A stretch of 64,000 nucleotides of DNA, taken from Candidatus Thorarchaeota archaeon. Lineage in GTDB: Archaea; Asgardarchaeota; Lokiarchaeia; Sigyniarchaeales; SOKP01. The notes under the pieces were generated by a model. It made no database searches. It was not told the origin of the DNA and saw only the letters and a program-made list of their open reading frames with translations. The position numbers and the translations under genes were made by a program. Shown here piece by piece: positions 52,499 through 62,478 of the stretch; position 1 is the first letter of the stretch, and the number at the start of each line of letters is the position of its first letter. Location of the stretch: the NCBI GenBank assembly GCA_048883045.1, contig JBHLRA010000001.1, positions 19,841 through 83,840 of the forward strand, given 5' to 3'.

Positions 52499-55400
52499 TG
52501 TTATCTTTGAATGCAACACAGCAAGCTGTTGTGGCGTCTGCCAAAAAGCCAGAAATTTCTTGGCTTTTTGAAATAGATACCGATAATGATGGCGCGCCTG
52601 AATATAGATATTCTACGAAAGCTAAATCTTTTGGAGGAAATAGCTATATATTCAAGATTTTAAAATTTACTCCTATTGGAATGCAAAAAAATTCATCTGA
52701 ATATGGATTAATTGCTCCTAATAAATTCACTTTTACTATAGATAATCATGACGACGCTTTAACTCCTTCTGATTTTAATGGGGCTGCCATAAAAGTTAGA
52801 CTTATAGTAGATGATGGGACTAATGGCGATACCGAGATTGCTTCTTGGGAATTTGAAGTTATAAATTATGAAGGAATTTATAAGGAAATAACTTTGGTGT
52901 GCCGGGATTGGCTACAAAAATATTTAGATGGAGATTATCCAAATACAAGCCTTATAAAAGATCTTTGGTATAGTGATGATCCTAAAGATGACAACGTATG
53001 TGTCCCTATTATGTATGGTACGCCTTATTTTCCAATAAGAAGTGCTTATATTACAGATCAAAGATATTATATTCTAGGACCTTCTTCTCCGACTTATACA
53101 ATAACAAAAATAAGATCTCCCCGTGATTGGCCTTCTAAATCTGAATGGAGTTCTGGGTCTTATACTTTTACTCAATCCAACAAAACAGGATCAGATGGCA
53201 ACACTTATAAAGCTGTCCAATTTATTATAGCAGATTCAGACAATGATGGAAGCGCAGATGCTAATGGTTTATTTGTAAATGGAGAAGAATTTTTGGATGT
53301 GCCTTGTAAATATACCAGAAGTGATACGAATTCTACAACAAATCCAGCCGATATAATAGAAGCAATATTGCTGGACTTTGGGATTCCTAGCGCCAAAATA
53401 GATTCTACAACTCAGAATTCTGCGGCCTCTTCTTTTACGAGTTGGGGATTGACTTGGAATATGTCTCTTTGGTATAAAATGTCTAGGAAGAAGTTATTGG
53501 CCAAGCTTTTAGCTATGTGTCATTTGGAGCTTATAATTAGAGACAAAATTTATTTCAAAATTCATTCAAAAACTTCTCAAGGAACTATAGATAACAGCTA
53601 TATTTTGAGAAAAAAGGAGCGAGGAAAAGGAACTTTTTCTATAAAAAATTTATCAGTCAAAAATCAAAGTAAAGATTCTGGATATGGTGCTTTTCAAGAA
53701 TCAGATGAGCCTATTGATAAACTTCAAAAGTTCTTGGTTCCGGCTAAGGCTTCGACTAATGATATATCTAATGATGTCATAGAATGTGATTATATACAAG
53801 ATTCACAAGATGCCCAAAAGATAACTCAATTAGCTTTGCAAAGGAAGCTTTTGGCCTTTCAAGCTATCTCCTTTTTATCCAAAGGAACAGCTCTTGCTTA
53901 CGAAGTGGATGATGTAATAACGATTGCTAATGATGCCAATTATGGAGCAGAGGGGACCACATATGATGTTTTAATAGATAAAATAATTATAAATAAAGAT
54001 CTTTCTATAAAATTCGAATGTACTCGATTTAGTGATTCTTTGGATGATTGGGGGGATTTAAGCCCAAGCGCTATAACTATTGTTTCAGATGATTCAAGCT
54101 CTTTATATTCTCCGGTGGTTTGTGGGCCAGATACAACTGGCATAACAGGGTCTCAAGTTCCAAATGCCCTTCCGGGTAGATTAAGAATTGGAGATGATTC
54201 GAATTATATAGTTATTGATCCAGACGATAGCGGAGATAGATATGTTGCTAGCGGAAAAACTGATTTTACTACTACGGGCAATGGCTTTATAATTGGTATT
54301 GATCACAGTGATAGCGATAAGGTTAAGCTATATTTGGGTAATACAACTGATTATATGTATTGGGATGGATCTAATCTTGTAATATCAGGAAATATTACTG
54401 CTACAACAGGAAATATCGGCGGTTGGACAATAACTTCTACAACTTTGCATTCTAGTAACAATATAGTCCTCGATAGTGGTAATAAAGCCATATATATAAA
54501 TGATACTACTTATGGCAACGAAGGAATTCAATTAGAATATAATAATGGCTATCCTAGAGTATATGTAGGAGATGGTGGAAATAATTATTTCAAATATGAT
54601 GGCACAAAAATTCAATGGAAAGGCGCTAATACAGAACTAGATGGCTCTGGAAATTTAACTTGTACAGGCGGAACTATAGGAGGTTGGACTATAGGGGCCA
54701 CAACTATTTCTTCCACAAATATTACTATAGATAGTGATAATGAGCGGATAAGATCAACAAATTATGTTTCTGGCTCTGCTGGAGCTGGATTTACTTTAGA
54801 ACCTGAATTATTAGAAGTTGGCAATATTGCTTGTCGAGGGATCATAAGGACGGCTGTATTTCAAAAAGATATAATATCAGCTATAGGTGGTAATCTTCTT
54901 GTTTCTAAAGGTTCGGATGTTTTAGACGCCGATATGAATTCATTAGATAGCTCTAATCTAAGTGTTGAAGGAAATGAAAGTTTTGCTGTTGGAGATATTT
55001 TAAGAATAAAAGATGGGATAGACGATGAATGGTTAGAAATTACTGACAATACTTATGATCCTATATATACTGTAATTAGAGATTTAGCAGGAAGTTATGT
55101 ATCAGATTATAATCCTGAATGGGGGAAAGGTGCTACAGTCGTAAATTATGGCGCTAATGGAGATGGGCTTATACATATGACCGCCTCTGAAGCCAATGCT
55201 CCATTTATATCTGTTCTAACTCATGCAGGCGCTCCTTATACAACTATTACTACTAGACTTAGAATAGGGAATTTAAATGGATTTTTAGGGTATTCTAGTG
55301 ACAAGTATGGTATTGCTATAGGAGAGACTAATAAATATTTGAAATATGACCCAACTGGAGGATTAGTTATCCAAGGGACTGTAAATATTATTGGATCTGC

Positions 55401-57009
55401 TACCCTTGGGGATGGTTCTAATTATTCTGGAACAATAACCCTTTCTATTGCAGATGGGCAAGGAGATTGTTACATTGCTGCTGGAAAATCTGATTTTACT
55501 AACACTGATAATGGATTTATTCTAGGTGTTGACGATAGCGATAGTGATAAGGTTAAATTTTATCTTGGCAATTCTACAAATTATTTTAATTGGGATGGAA
55601 CTAATATTATAATAAATGTTGCCTCTACAGACGCCATAACTGTTAAATCTGGCGGAGATATAGTTTTGGAAGCTACTGCGGCTAATCCTGGCCGTATAAA
55701 ATTTGTAGGCACTACTTATGAGACTCAGTTTGGAAGCTTTACTGCTGATGGTAGTGCTGTTAATTTTATGGCCCAAACTGATAATGCAGTCACCCTTTCG
55801 GCCTATAATGGGAGCAATTATTTTTCTCAAATACAATGGTATTCTAGAAGCCAATGTTCAGTTGGTTGTATAGAGGATTCTAATAATCAAGCCACAATAG
55901 CTTGTGATAGATCGAGTGCTATGGCTCAAGCTTATTTTTATATGAGAGATGGCGGGACAACTAAGACTTTGGAGATGAGATATGACAGTGTGGGAGGTAG
56001 CCAATATTTTGCTCCTAATGATAATGAAGAATGGGATTTGGGGAATTCTACCTATTACTGGAAAGATATATATGCAAGAAATCTTTATTTAAAGGATTCT
56101 GATGCCCATCCAATTATACAAATAACTGCTGCTCACGCAACTGATTATGATCCTCAAATAAAGTTTGCCACCGATGCAACCCCGACTGTTAAATTTAGTA
56201 TGGGAGTGGATGGGTCTGATGATAAATTCAAAATCTATTCCGGGGATGGTATTGGAGGCACTACAGAATTTGTTATAAGTTCATCAGGAACCCTTTATTT
56301 GGGGGATGATTCTGGGGGTAATATGACCGGGGCCGGTATAGTTATTAATCAAGGCACTTCAGATGATTTTATAATGTGCTTTAAAAGCACAGATATAGCT
56401 CATGGATATACGGCTGTTATTGAAGAGGATTCTTATGGATTATTTTCTAAATATAGCAGCACTAATGGAGGCCTTGATATATATGGGATTTGCGAAGCTG
56501 GAGCTACCACTGGATTGGCTATAACTGGATTTGGAGGAACGGCCCCGGATGAAACAACTGCTTCAGGTTCAGATGGAATAGTTGAGGTCAACGCTTGGTT
56601 AGACGGAGGAGATTATGCGGCAGATTATCCTAGTGGGGATGATAATGTGTTTGTTGTTAAATTGGGGAAAGCAACTGCTTGTTTTATAGTTAAAGCAGAT
56701 GGGGATATATATTATAATGGAGCAGATCAGGGGTCTTTTGATAGTTTTGAAGATGCTTTGGCTTGCCGAGATTTATCTTATAATTTATCTAATCAATTGG
56801 TAAAAGTCCTCAAATACAACAAAAAAAAATTAAATGATATGGGCGTTATAGCTCATACTATTTGTGAAAATGGTAAGGAGGATATTTTCGTATCAACTAA
56901 AGGAATGACTATGCTTCAATTAGGGGCTATAGGTGAGCTTTATAAAGTTTGTAATTATTTGTGCTCTAGATTAGGAATAACCTATGAAGAGGCCAGAAAG
57001 GAAGTGTAA
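52498..57009 (+). CDS. tail hub / host-specificity fibre protein
   Basis: 1503 aa after the Dit-like genes. Internal duplicated module GKTDFTTTGNGFIIGIDHSDSDKVKLYLGNTTDYMYWDGSN / GKSDFTNTDNGFILGVDDSDSDKVKFYLGNSTNYFNWDGTN. Confidence 0.7.
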   Translation: MLSLNATQQAVVASAKKPEISWLFEIDTDNDGAPEYRYSTKAKSFGGNSYIFKILKFTPIGMQKNSSEYGLIAPNKFTFTIDNHDDALTPSDFNGAAIKVRLIVDDGTNGDTEIASWEFEVINYEGIYKEITLVCRDWLQKYLDGDYPNTSLIKDLWYSDDPKDDNVCVPIMYGTPYFPIRSAYITDQRYYILGPSSPTYTITKIRSPRDWPSKSEWSSGSYTFTQSNKTGSDGNTYKAVQFIIADSDNDGSADANGLFVNGEEFLDVPCKYTRSDTNSTTNPADIIEAILLDFGIPSAKIDSTTQNSAASSFTSWGLTWNMSLWYKMSRKKLLAKLLAMCHLELIIRDKIYFKIHSKTSQGTIDNSYILRKKERGKGTFSIKNLSVKNQSKDSGYGAFQESDEPIDKLQKFLVPAKASTNDISNDVIECDYIQDSQDAQKITQLALQRKLLAFQAISFLSKGTALAYEVDDVITIANDANYGAEGTTYDVLIDKIIINKDLSIKFECTRFSDSLDDWGDLSPSAITIVSDDSSSLYSPVVCGPDTTGITGSQVPNALPGRLRIGDDSNYIVIDPDDSGDRYVASGKTDFTTTGNGFIIGIDHSDSDKVKLYLGNTTDYMYWDGSNLVISGNITATTGNIGGWTITSTTLHSSNNIVLDSGNKAIYINDTTYGNEGIQLEYNNGYPRVYVGDGGNNYFKYDGTKIQWKGANTELDGSGNLTCTGGTIGGWTIGATTISSTNITIDSDNERIRSTNYVSGSAGAGFTLEPELLEVGNIACRGIIRTAVFQKDIISAIGGNLLVSKGSDVLDADMNSLDSSNLSVEGNESFAVGDILRIKDGIDDEWLEITDNTYDPIYTVIRDLAGSYVSDYNPEWGKGATVVNYGANGDGLIHMTASEANAPFISVLTHAGAPYTTITTRLRIGNLNGFLGYSSDKYGIAIGETNKYLKYDPTGGLVIQGTVNIIGSATLGDGSNYSGTITLSIADGQGDCYIAAGKSDFTNTDNGFILGVDDSDSDKVKFYLGNSTNYFNWDGTNIIINVASTDAITVKSGGDIVLEATAANPGRIKFVGTTYETQFGSFTADGSAVNFMAQTDNAVTLSAYNGSNYFSQIQWYSRSQCSVGCIEDSNNQATIACDRSSAMAQAYFYMRDGGTTKTLEMRYDSVGGSQYFAPNDNEEWDLGNSTYYWKDIYARNLYLKDSDAHPIIQITAAHATDYDPQIKFATDATPTVKFSMGVDGSDDKFKIYSGDGIGGTTEFVISSSGTLYLGDDSGGNMTGAGIVINQGTSDDFIMCFKSTDIAHGYTAVIEEDSYGLFSKYSSTNGGLDIYGICEAGATTGLAITGFGGTAPDETTASGSDGIVEVNAWLDGGDYAADYPSGDDNVFVVKLGKATACFIVKADGDIYYNGADQGSFDSFEDALACRDLSYNLSNQLVKVLKYNKKKLNDMGVIAHTICENGKEDIFVSTKGMTMLQLGAIGELYKVCNYLCSRLGITYEEARKEV

Positions 57010-57011
57010 TA

Positions 57012-57263
57012 ATGGCTAAAATAGATCGGAATTTTATTCCTATAACTCCTGATCGCTTAGTTAGAAGGATAGAGGATGTTGAAGTAAAAAGGACTTATAA
57101 TCATGATGATGATTATGAAGAAATTTTGAGTCTAAAGTTCATCGATGAAAAAATAGATGAACTTACTCGAAAAAGGAGAGAGCTTCAAGACAAAATAACT
57201 GAATATAGGAGATTAAGGGCATTAGTTTTATCTGAAGCTTCATCTGTTATATTAAGACTTTAA
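57012..57263 (+). CDS. coiled-coil hypothetical protein
   Basis: 83-aa ORF. Confidence 0.5.
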   Translation: MAKIDRNFIPITPDRLVRRIEDVEVKRTYNHDDDYEEILSLKFIDEKIDELTRKRRELQDKITEYRRLRALVLSEASSVILRL

Positions 57264-57295
57264 TTTTATCTTAAACCTTAAAAGGGGGAGAAAAA

Positions 57296-57754
57296 ATGTT
57301 TAAAGCCAAGAATACTATTTATTCAATGAATACGATAGAATCTTTGAATAAGATTACATCATCTACTAAATTTAAGAGTATGCAGTTATCTTTTTCTTTG
57401 ACCAAATTAAAAGTCGAATATGAAAAAGGGAAAGAAGTGGTTGAAGAAGAGCGCAAAAAGATAATAGAGCGTTTGTGCGAAAAAGGCGAAGACGGAAACC
57501 CCAAGATGACTCTGCAAGGACAATATAATTTTAATTCAAAGAATGGCTTGAAAGTCCAAGAAGAGATAAGAAAGCTTTATGAAACAACTGTGACTGATAT
57601 ACATATGGATAAGATAACTCTTTTATTGGACGAAATACCTGAAGGGCTACTAAGCCCCGATGATATGTACAATCTTATGGAATTAATTGATTTTAAAGAG
57701 CCAAAATCATTACCAAAGAATGAAAAAAGTAAAAATATTGGGTCTAAGAAATAA
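57296..57754 (+). CDS. hypothetical protein
   Basis: 152-aa ORF, SD GGGGGAGA. Confidence 0.5.
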   Translation: MFKAKNTIYSMNTIESLNKITSSTKFKSMQLSFSLTKLKVEYEKGKEVVEEERKKIIERLCEKGEDGNPKMTLQGQYNFNSKNGLKVQEEIRKLYETTVTDIHMDKITLLLDEIPEGLLSPDDMYNLMELIDFKEPKSLPKNEKSKNIGSKK

Positions 57755-57917
57755 AGCCAAAAAATGTTGGGAATTATATTGCCCAATATGTGATAATTCA
57801 ATTACTAAAATCTCAATCGCTATTGATACGGAATGTGATAGATGCGGATGGGAATGGAAAGGAATCGATAACACAAAAGATTTAGATTCTAAAATAGCTT
57901 TAATTTCGTTTGAATAA
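57720..57917 (+). CDS. zinc-ribbon hypothetical protein
   Basis: CPICDN...CDRCG; ATG 57720 overlaps the upstream gene. Confidence 0.4.
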   Translation: MKKVKILGLRNKAKKCWELYCPICDNSITKISIAIDTECDRCGWEWKGIDNTKDLDSKIALISFE

Positions 57918-57929
57918 ATAGGGGCTTAA

Positions 57930-58091
57930 ATGATAGGATACAAAAAATTAATAGTCAAAGGCAATATGGTTATATTGCCAGAAGGTAAGGGGAAGGATAA
58001 GATTATATTGGAAAAAGCTTTATTCCTTTTGAAGGGCATTTATGCTGATAAAATAGGGAAGAAACTGGAAAAGCCTAAAAGAGATAGGTAA
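57930..58091 (+). CDS. small hypothetical protein (53 aa)
   Basis: Hand-translated MIGYKKLIVKGNMVILPEGKGKDK... Confidence 0.35.
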   Translation: MIGYKKLIVKGNMVILPEGKGKDKIILEKALFLLKGIYADKIGKKLEKPKRDR

Positions 58092-58093
58092 AT

Positions 58094-58468
58094 GTGAATA
58101 ATTCTGCTGTACCTAGAGAGATATTTTTAAAAGATATTTATTATATGCAGATATTTGTTGAAGACCGGCAGGGAAATGGAAAACCAGGACTTATAATCCC
58201 TTATTATATTTATCAAGCCAAAGGAGGATATTTACGTAAGCAAGGGATTATGATTGAAGATTTTACTGCTCCTGGAATATATGTCCAATCATATCTTTTC
58301 AATAGATTAGGCCAATTTAGGATAGTATATAGACTGCCTTCACCTTACAGTGATATGTTAGAGATAGTGAATGTGATAGATGGAGAAATAAGCATTAAAA
58401 CTTTTCATAGACATTTTCATAGGTATTTTGTTGTAAGAAAAATTGAAACCAAGATACCTAAGAAATAA
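58094..58468 (+). CDS. hypothetical protein
   Basis: 124-aa ORF, GTG start. Confidence 0.5.
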   Translation: MNNSAVPREIFLKDIYYMQIFVEDRQGNGKPGLIIPYYIYQAKGGYLRKQGIMIEDFTAPGIYVQSYLFNRLGQFRIVYRLPSPYSDMLEIVNVIDGEISIKTFHRHFHRYFVVRKIETKIPKK

Positions 58469-58482
58469 AAGGAGAATTACAT

Positions 58483-58902
58483 ATGGGTTTAGGATCTTTT
58501 CTAAGCAAATTAGTTGGTTCAGGAGTAGGGTCTACGGTTGATAGCATAGGCAATACTATTAATAAATTTATAGAAACTCCGGATGAAAAAAGGGCTGCAG
58601 AGATTGTTATGGCCAAACTTCAGCAAAATGCTGATAAATGGCAAATGGAAATAAATAAAATCGAAGCAGGACACCGGTCAATCTTTATAGCTGGATGGAG
58701 GCCGTTCATTGGCTGGGTTTGCGGAATAGGGCTTTGTTATTATTTTATTTTAAGCCCATTTATAGCTACGATAGTAGCCGTTTGTGGTTTTGAAGGGGCT
58801 TTGCCCCAAATAGCGATAGGCCCTTTAGTTAGCATTCTTTTAGCTATGCTTGGAATGTCTGCTACAAGGACTTATGAAAAATTTCACCATTTAACTAAAT
58901 AA
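58483..58902 (+). CDS. holin, GTA-type 3-TM family
   Basis: HRSIFIAGWRPFIGWVCGIGLCYYFIL plus two further TM segments and ..TRTYEKF.. C-terminus resemble GTA_holin_3TM. Confidence 0.7.
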   Translation: MGLGSFLSKLVGSGVGSTVDSIGNTINKFIETPDEKRAAEIVMAKLQQNADKWQMEINKIEAGHRSIFIAGWRPFIGWVCGIGLCYYFILSPFIATIVAVCGFEGALPQIAIGPLVSILLAMLGMSATRTYEKFHHLTK

Positions 58903-58915
58903 AGGGGATAGGATA

Positions 58916-59110
58916 ATGTTTAATGTAATTAGGGATTTGGTTAAAAGCAGTCAAATAATTACTATCGTTACATCAGATACTACTTTTGATGACGCTGTAA
59001 TTACCGATGTAGATGATTTATTTTTCAAATTCGATTATCCTGGCAATGGCCTTACTTATATTTATCCTTTAGAGGCGATTGTTCAGATCAGGTTTCCAAT
59101 CTCCCCCTAA
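58916..59110 (+). CDS. hypothetical protein
   Basis: 64-aa ORF, last gene of the + strand block. Confidence 0.5.
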   Translation: MFNVIRDLVKSSQIITIVTSDTTFDDAVITDVDDLFFKFDYPGNGLTYIYPLEAIVQIRFPISP

Positions 59111-59131
59111 ACTATCTTTATAGATAGTTTG

Positions 59132-59158
59132 ACCCGCCAATTTTTATAATTGGCGGGT
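59132..59158 (+). terminator. rho-independent terminator
   Basis: ACCCGCCAATT-TTTAT-AATTGGCGGGT followed by ATTTTATT. Confidence 0.75.
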
Positions 59159-59221
59159 ATTTTATTCTTCCTATTTTTTATTTAATTTTATATTAGAAAT
59201 AGTTCTTTTATTTTTTTTTCT

Positions 59222-59250
59222 AAACCCCCTGGCTAAAAACCAGGGGGTTT
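59222..59250. terminator. bidirectional terminator between convergent blocks
   Basis: AAACCCCCTGG-CTAAAAA-CCAGGGGGTTT flanked by T runs on both strands. Confidence 0.75.
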
Positions 59251-59264
59251 TTATTTATAGGATA

Positions 59265-59510
59265 TTAGAGAAAGAGATGTACAATAAATGTTATTACTGC
59301 GGTCGGTATTGAAGCGGTATTGATTCCTGGGATGGCTCCTAATATATAACCTACCCAGAAAAAGCCAATCTTAGGTTTTTCAAAATATACTAGCCAAGTA
59401 TTGAGAGAATAAGTCCAAGCTCCTCCGAAAATTGGAGCAAATATTAGTAAATATATAAATACAGCTACGATTGCTATTAAACCTATTGTAGAATAAGATA
59501 AAGATGACAT
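59265..59510 (-). CDS. multi-TM membrane protein
   Basis: Start moved to ATG 59510 (SD AAAGGAGA); MSSLSYSTIGLIAIVAVFIYLLIFAPIFGG... Confidence 0.55.
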   Translation of the reverse strand: MSSLSYSTIGLIAIVAVFIYLLIFAPIFGGAWTYSLNTWLVYFEKPKIGFFWVGYILGAIPGINTASIPTAVITFIVHLFL

Positions 59511-59525
59511 AAATAAAATCTCCTT

Positions 59526-59548
59526 TATATATGTAAAGTGTTGCAAAT
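59526..59548 (-). repeat. 23-nt perfect repeat ATTTGCAACACTTTACATATATA (- strand), copy 1
   Basis: Identical to 59757-59779; sits between a stop codon and the next SD. Confidence 0.8.
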
Positions 59549-59739
59549 TATGATGAGTGCCTTTCCCCAAATGTTTTCATCCAGTATGATAGGACCTTTG
59601 ATGCCCTGTCCTTGGTGAGATCTGGAAACTTTTTCCTCAAGTATGATCCTGCTCCAAACATATTTGTCTTGCCGGACACACGCAGGCTGTCGAGATACTT
59701 AAGATGTTTTTCGGTGACAAAATCGGGTTTGGTATCCAT
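59548..59739 (-). CDS. hypothetical protein
   Basis: 63-aa ORF, SD AAGGAGA. Confidence 0.55.
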   Translation of the reverse strand: MDTKPDFVTEKHLKYLDSLRVSGKTNMFGAGSYLRKKFPDLTKDRASKVLSYWMKTFGERHSS

Positions 59740-59755
59740 AATATTCTCCTTCTTC

Positions 59756-60031
59756 TTATATATGTAAAGTGTTGCAAATCACAACGGTTGCTCCGTCAGT
59801 TCCGATGGGAGGGTATTGCTTACCATCTATATTAATTGTAGCTCTCTCCCCCATACAATAAAAACAAGTTGCAGTAGATTTATGGAGTTTGTATCCAGTC
59901 CAATATTCTTTTGGTAAACGGATTGGGCCTTTCTTTTCAATCATCTTCTTAGGCTTTTTGCCATTAAGTTTCTGTTCCATGTTTTTATCCTTTCCTTTGT
60001 GATCGGCGCTGAATGCCAATTCTCTTTTCAA
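59756..60031 (-). CDS. hypothetical protein
   Basis: 91-aa ORF; the start may be the internal MEQKLNG. Confidence 0.5.
   Translation of the reverse strand: MKRELAFSADHKGKDKNMEQKLNGKKPKKMIEKKGPIRLPKEYWTGYKLHKSTATCFYCMGERATINIDGKQYPPIGTDGATVVICNTLHI
59757..59779 (-). repeat. 23-nt perfect repeat, copy 2
   Basis: Overlaps the last codons (VICNTLHI*) of ORF 59756-60031, just upstream of the SD of the next gene. Confidence 0.8.
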
Positions 60032-60057
60032 ATAATAATTAGTTCATGGGCTTATCA

Positions 60058-60549
60058 TCATTTTGATTCTCCTCCTTTAATTCTTTTTCTATTGTTATTG
60101 TGATTATTCTTTCTTATGTGAATTTTGTATACCTGATCCTTGCCTTTTGGCCAAATATAGGGTAGATTAATTATCAATTCCCAACCGAATTGCTTATAAT
60201 ACTCAAAATTTTTTCTTAATAAATTAGATTTATGGGCTTTATGGAATTTATAATTTCCAAACCACCATGGATAAACAAGATGTTTTCTGTTTACTTTTTC
60301 CGTCGGCATATTATTTTTATAACCTCTATTTATCCATTCTGCTATACACCAATCATAATATAATTTCAAAGCTTCTTCATAACCTACCCACATTTTAACA
60401 GCAGGATGATTGTGCCATCCCCTTTTATTGGTTCTATTTAGTAAAATATCTAATATTTGTTTGGCTTCAACTCTTTGTTTGCCGAGTCTTCTATAATCCA
60501 AACATTTTACTGATTTTTTGAATGATGGATAGGGCATAAAAGTTTGCAC
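60058..60549 (-). CDS. Pyr_excise-related (pyrimidine-dimer DNA glycosylase-like) protein
   Basis: MQTFMPYPSF..CLDYRRLGKQRVEAKQIL...GWHNHPAVKMW...EWINRGYKNNM matches the conserved N-terminal pattern of this family as I recall it; GTG start. Confidence 0.5.
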   Translation of the reverse strand: MQTFMPYPSFKKSVKCLDYRRLGKQRVEAKQILDILLNRTNKRGWHNHPAVKMWVGYEEALKLYYDWCIAEWINRGYKNNMPTEKVNRKHLVYPWWFGNYKFHKAHKSNLLRKNFEYYKQFGWELIINLPYIWPKGKDQVYKIHIRKNNHNNNRKRIKGGESK

Positions 60550-60554
60550 AATTA

Positions 60555-60610
60555 TCTCCTAGTTAAGTTTCTTATTTCCTGCTCTATTTATATTATCGGC
60601 TATTTTTTAT
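60555..60610 (-). promoter_or_regulatory. element A copy on the - strand (AAAAAATAGCCGATAATATAAATAGAGCAGGAAATAAGAAACTTAACTAGGAG)
   Basis: Directly upstream of start 60549. Confidence 0.55.
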
Positions 60611-60735
60611 TTTTTCTTCGGTTATCTAAAAGTTTTTTTAATTTATCTGCCCTAATTGAAAATTTAAAACCAATAATGATGTCAAAGTGCCATATATTAT
60701 TTCATAAGCCTCTATTTTAGCTTGTCTATTAGTGA

Positions 60736-61434
60736 TCATATAAACCTCATGCAAAATATTCCATCCCAATAGGTAGGATGATTGCTGTCTTTATTGGTTT
60801 GTTGAAATAAAAGTATTTCAGATCTATAAGTTGCAGGCCTAGATTTTGTTACAAAATCCATAGTTTGGTTGTATAAATTTTCATAATTCATCCCAGTACA
60901 AATTATTATACTTCCTCTAGAGAATAATCCTCTTTTTTCTATGGCTTTAAGAAGTTTACAATTGGTCCCTTGAGTAAATAAGACCCCTATTTTTTTAATC
61001 CCATATTTTTTATGGTTTTTCATACAATATATGGGATTATTATTTGATAGCAAATGGTGAGATTTAAGACAAGGATGCAAAAGTCTGCGACATGTGCTTT
61101 TGCTTATAGTTTGATTGGCTATCATGCAAAGTTTTTCTCCATTCCCGGCTATTGCTGCATGGAAATAAGCTAAATTATTGCCTAAAAATATAAAATGATT
61201 ATTGATATCCATAAGAGAAACGATTTTATTCAATATTCCAGCTATTGTAAAAGAATAATCAGGATTTAAATATTTATACAGCAGTATATCTCTTAATAGA
61301 TTCCTTATTTTGCTATCATCTTCTGGAAATATTGGATTATTGAGAGATTTGGTGATATTCCAATCTTCTGGTATAGACTCGTAAGGCTGAAGATAGCTAA
61401 ATCTAATGCCTTCTAGAAATTGTTTAATATCCAT
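60736..61434 (-). CDS. hypothetical protein
   Basis: 232-aa ORF. Confidence 0.5.
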   Translation of the reverse strand: MDIKQFLEGIRFSYLQPYESIPEDWNITKSLNNPIFPEDDSKIRNLLRDILLYKYLNPDYSFTIAGILNKIVSLMDINNHFIFLGNNLAYFHAAIAGNGEKLCMIANQTISKSTCRRLLHPCLKSHHLLSNNNPIYCMKNHKKYGIKKIGVLFTQGTNCKLLKAIEKRGLFSRGSIIICTGMNYENLYNQTMDFVTKSRPATYRSEILLFQQTNKDSNHPTYWDGIFCMRFI

Positions 61435-61436
61435 CG

Positions 61437-61916
61437 TTATTCCTTTCTATACCCAAATTTTATCTTAGAAATAGTTCTGGGTTTAACCCCAAATAATTCC
61501 GCTAATTTGGTTTGATTTATTAATTTTTTACTTTTAGCTTCTTTATATTCTTCTGAACCCAATATGTTTCTTATCCAAATTATAGTCTTTCGACTTAACT
61601 TCCTTCTAGGGCAATTATCTTTTACTTTTTTGGATATAATTTTTATTGTATTTAAGGTGTGTTTTTTGCCATAAAAAGAATTATTTTCCCCTTTGTTAGC
61701 TTTTGATATTTTTTCTCTCCATTCTTTGTTCATTAGCCTACCTTTATTGTGGAAACTAAGATGATCAAAAGCTTTCATCTTTTGTAAATTATCAGGATCA
61801 TTATTGTTATGGTCTCCATCTATGTGATGGATATGATAACCATCCCCAATAGTTATAGGATCATCAGGATGATGTTCATTCCAAATCTTGTAATATTTGT
61901 GTTTATTTTTAGTCAT
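61437..61916 (-). CDS. HNH homing endonuclease with C-terminal HTH
   Basis: YYKIWNEHHPDDPITIGDGYHIHHIDGDHNNNDPDNLQKMKAFDHLSFH. The tail WIRNILGSEEYKEAKSKKLINQTKLAELFGV is close to that of copy 5983-6573. Confidence 0.85.
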   Translation of the reverse strand: MTKNKHKYYKIWNEHHPDDPITIGDGYHIHHIDGDHNNNDPDNLQKMKAFDHLSFHNKGRLMNKEWREKISKANKGENNSFYGKKHTLNTIKIISKKVKDNCPRRKLSRKTIIWIRNILGSEEYKEAKSKKLINQTKLAELFGVKPRTISKIKFGYRKE

Positions 61917-62478
61917 AATTGTTATCTAACTTTATTAATTCGTCAAAATTTATACAGTTTAATGGTACTTCAACAGGCAGATATTTTACTCCCCATTTTA
62001 ATGCTTCTTCTCTAGTTTCCATCCAAATATCTAAAGTATTGATTATTTTTATTTTCCTTTTTTTTGTTGTTTTATATTCCCCCATTTTATCCAGTATTAT
62101 CCCATGTATATCTCCTTTTTTATATTTTATAACTATAGGCGTCCCATTTGTTATCCCTATTTTTTCCAAATCCCGGCTTACAGCGATCATTCCTTTTCTT
62201 ACTTTGTTCGCCCACGCTCCGATGTAAGGCTCAGAATCAGTTTGGCTAATTTCTGAACTGTAAGCAGTTATTTTAAGTCTAATTTTTACATAAAGCTGCT
62301 CATTTGGAGAGGAATATTGGAACCTTTTTGGGCTATTTTTTGATTTTTGGTTCATATTTTGGATTGTAGTCCCTATCTCTTGAAGCTGAATACTTAGCTT
62401 TTCTAATTTAAAACTGATAATGAATAGATAGAATATAATCGATATACAAAGTAAGATATATAATATTTTTTTCAACAT
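61909..62478 (-). CDS. membrane-anchored 3D-domain (MltA/YabE-like) cell-wall protein
   Basis: N-terminal TM; ITAYSSE..TDSEPYIG...GMIAVSRD...GIILDKMG...LDIW pattern. Confidence 0.6.
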   Translation of the reverse strand: MLKKILYILLCISIIFYLFIISFKLEKLSIQLQEIGTTIQNMNQKSKNSPKRFQYSSPNEQLYVKIRLKITAYSSEISQTDSEPYIGAWANKVRKGMIAVSRDLEKIGITNGTPIVIKYKKGDIHGIILDKMGEYKTTKKRKIKIINTLDIWMETREEALKWGVKYLPVEVPLNCINFDELIKLDNNYD

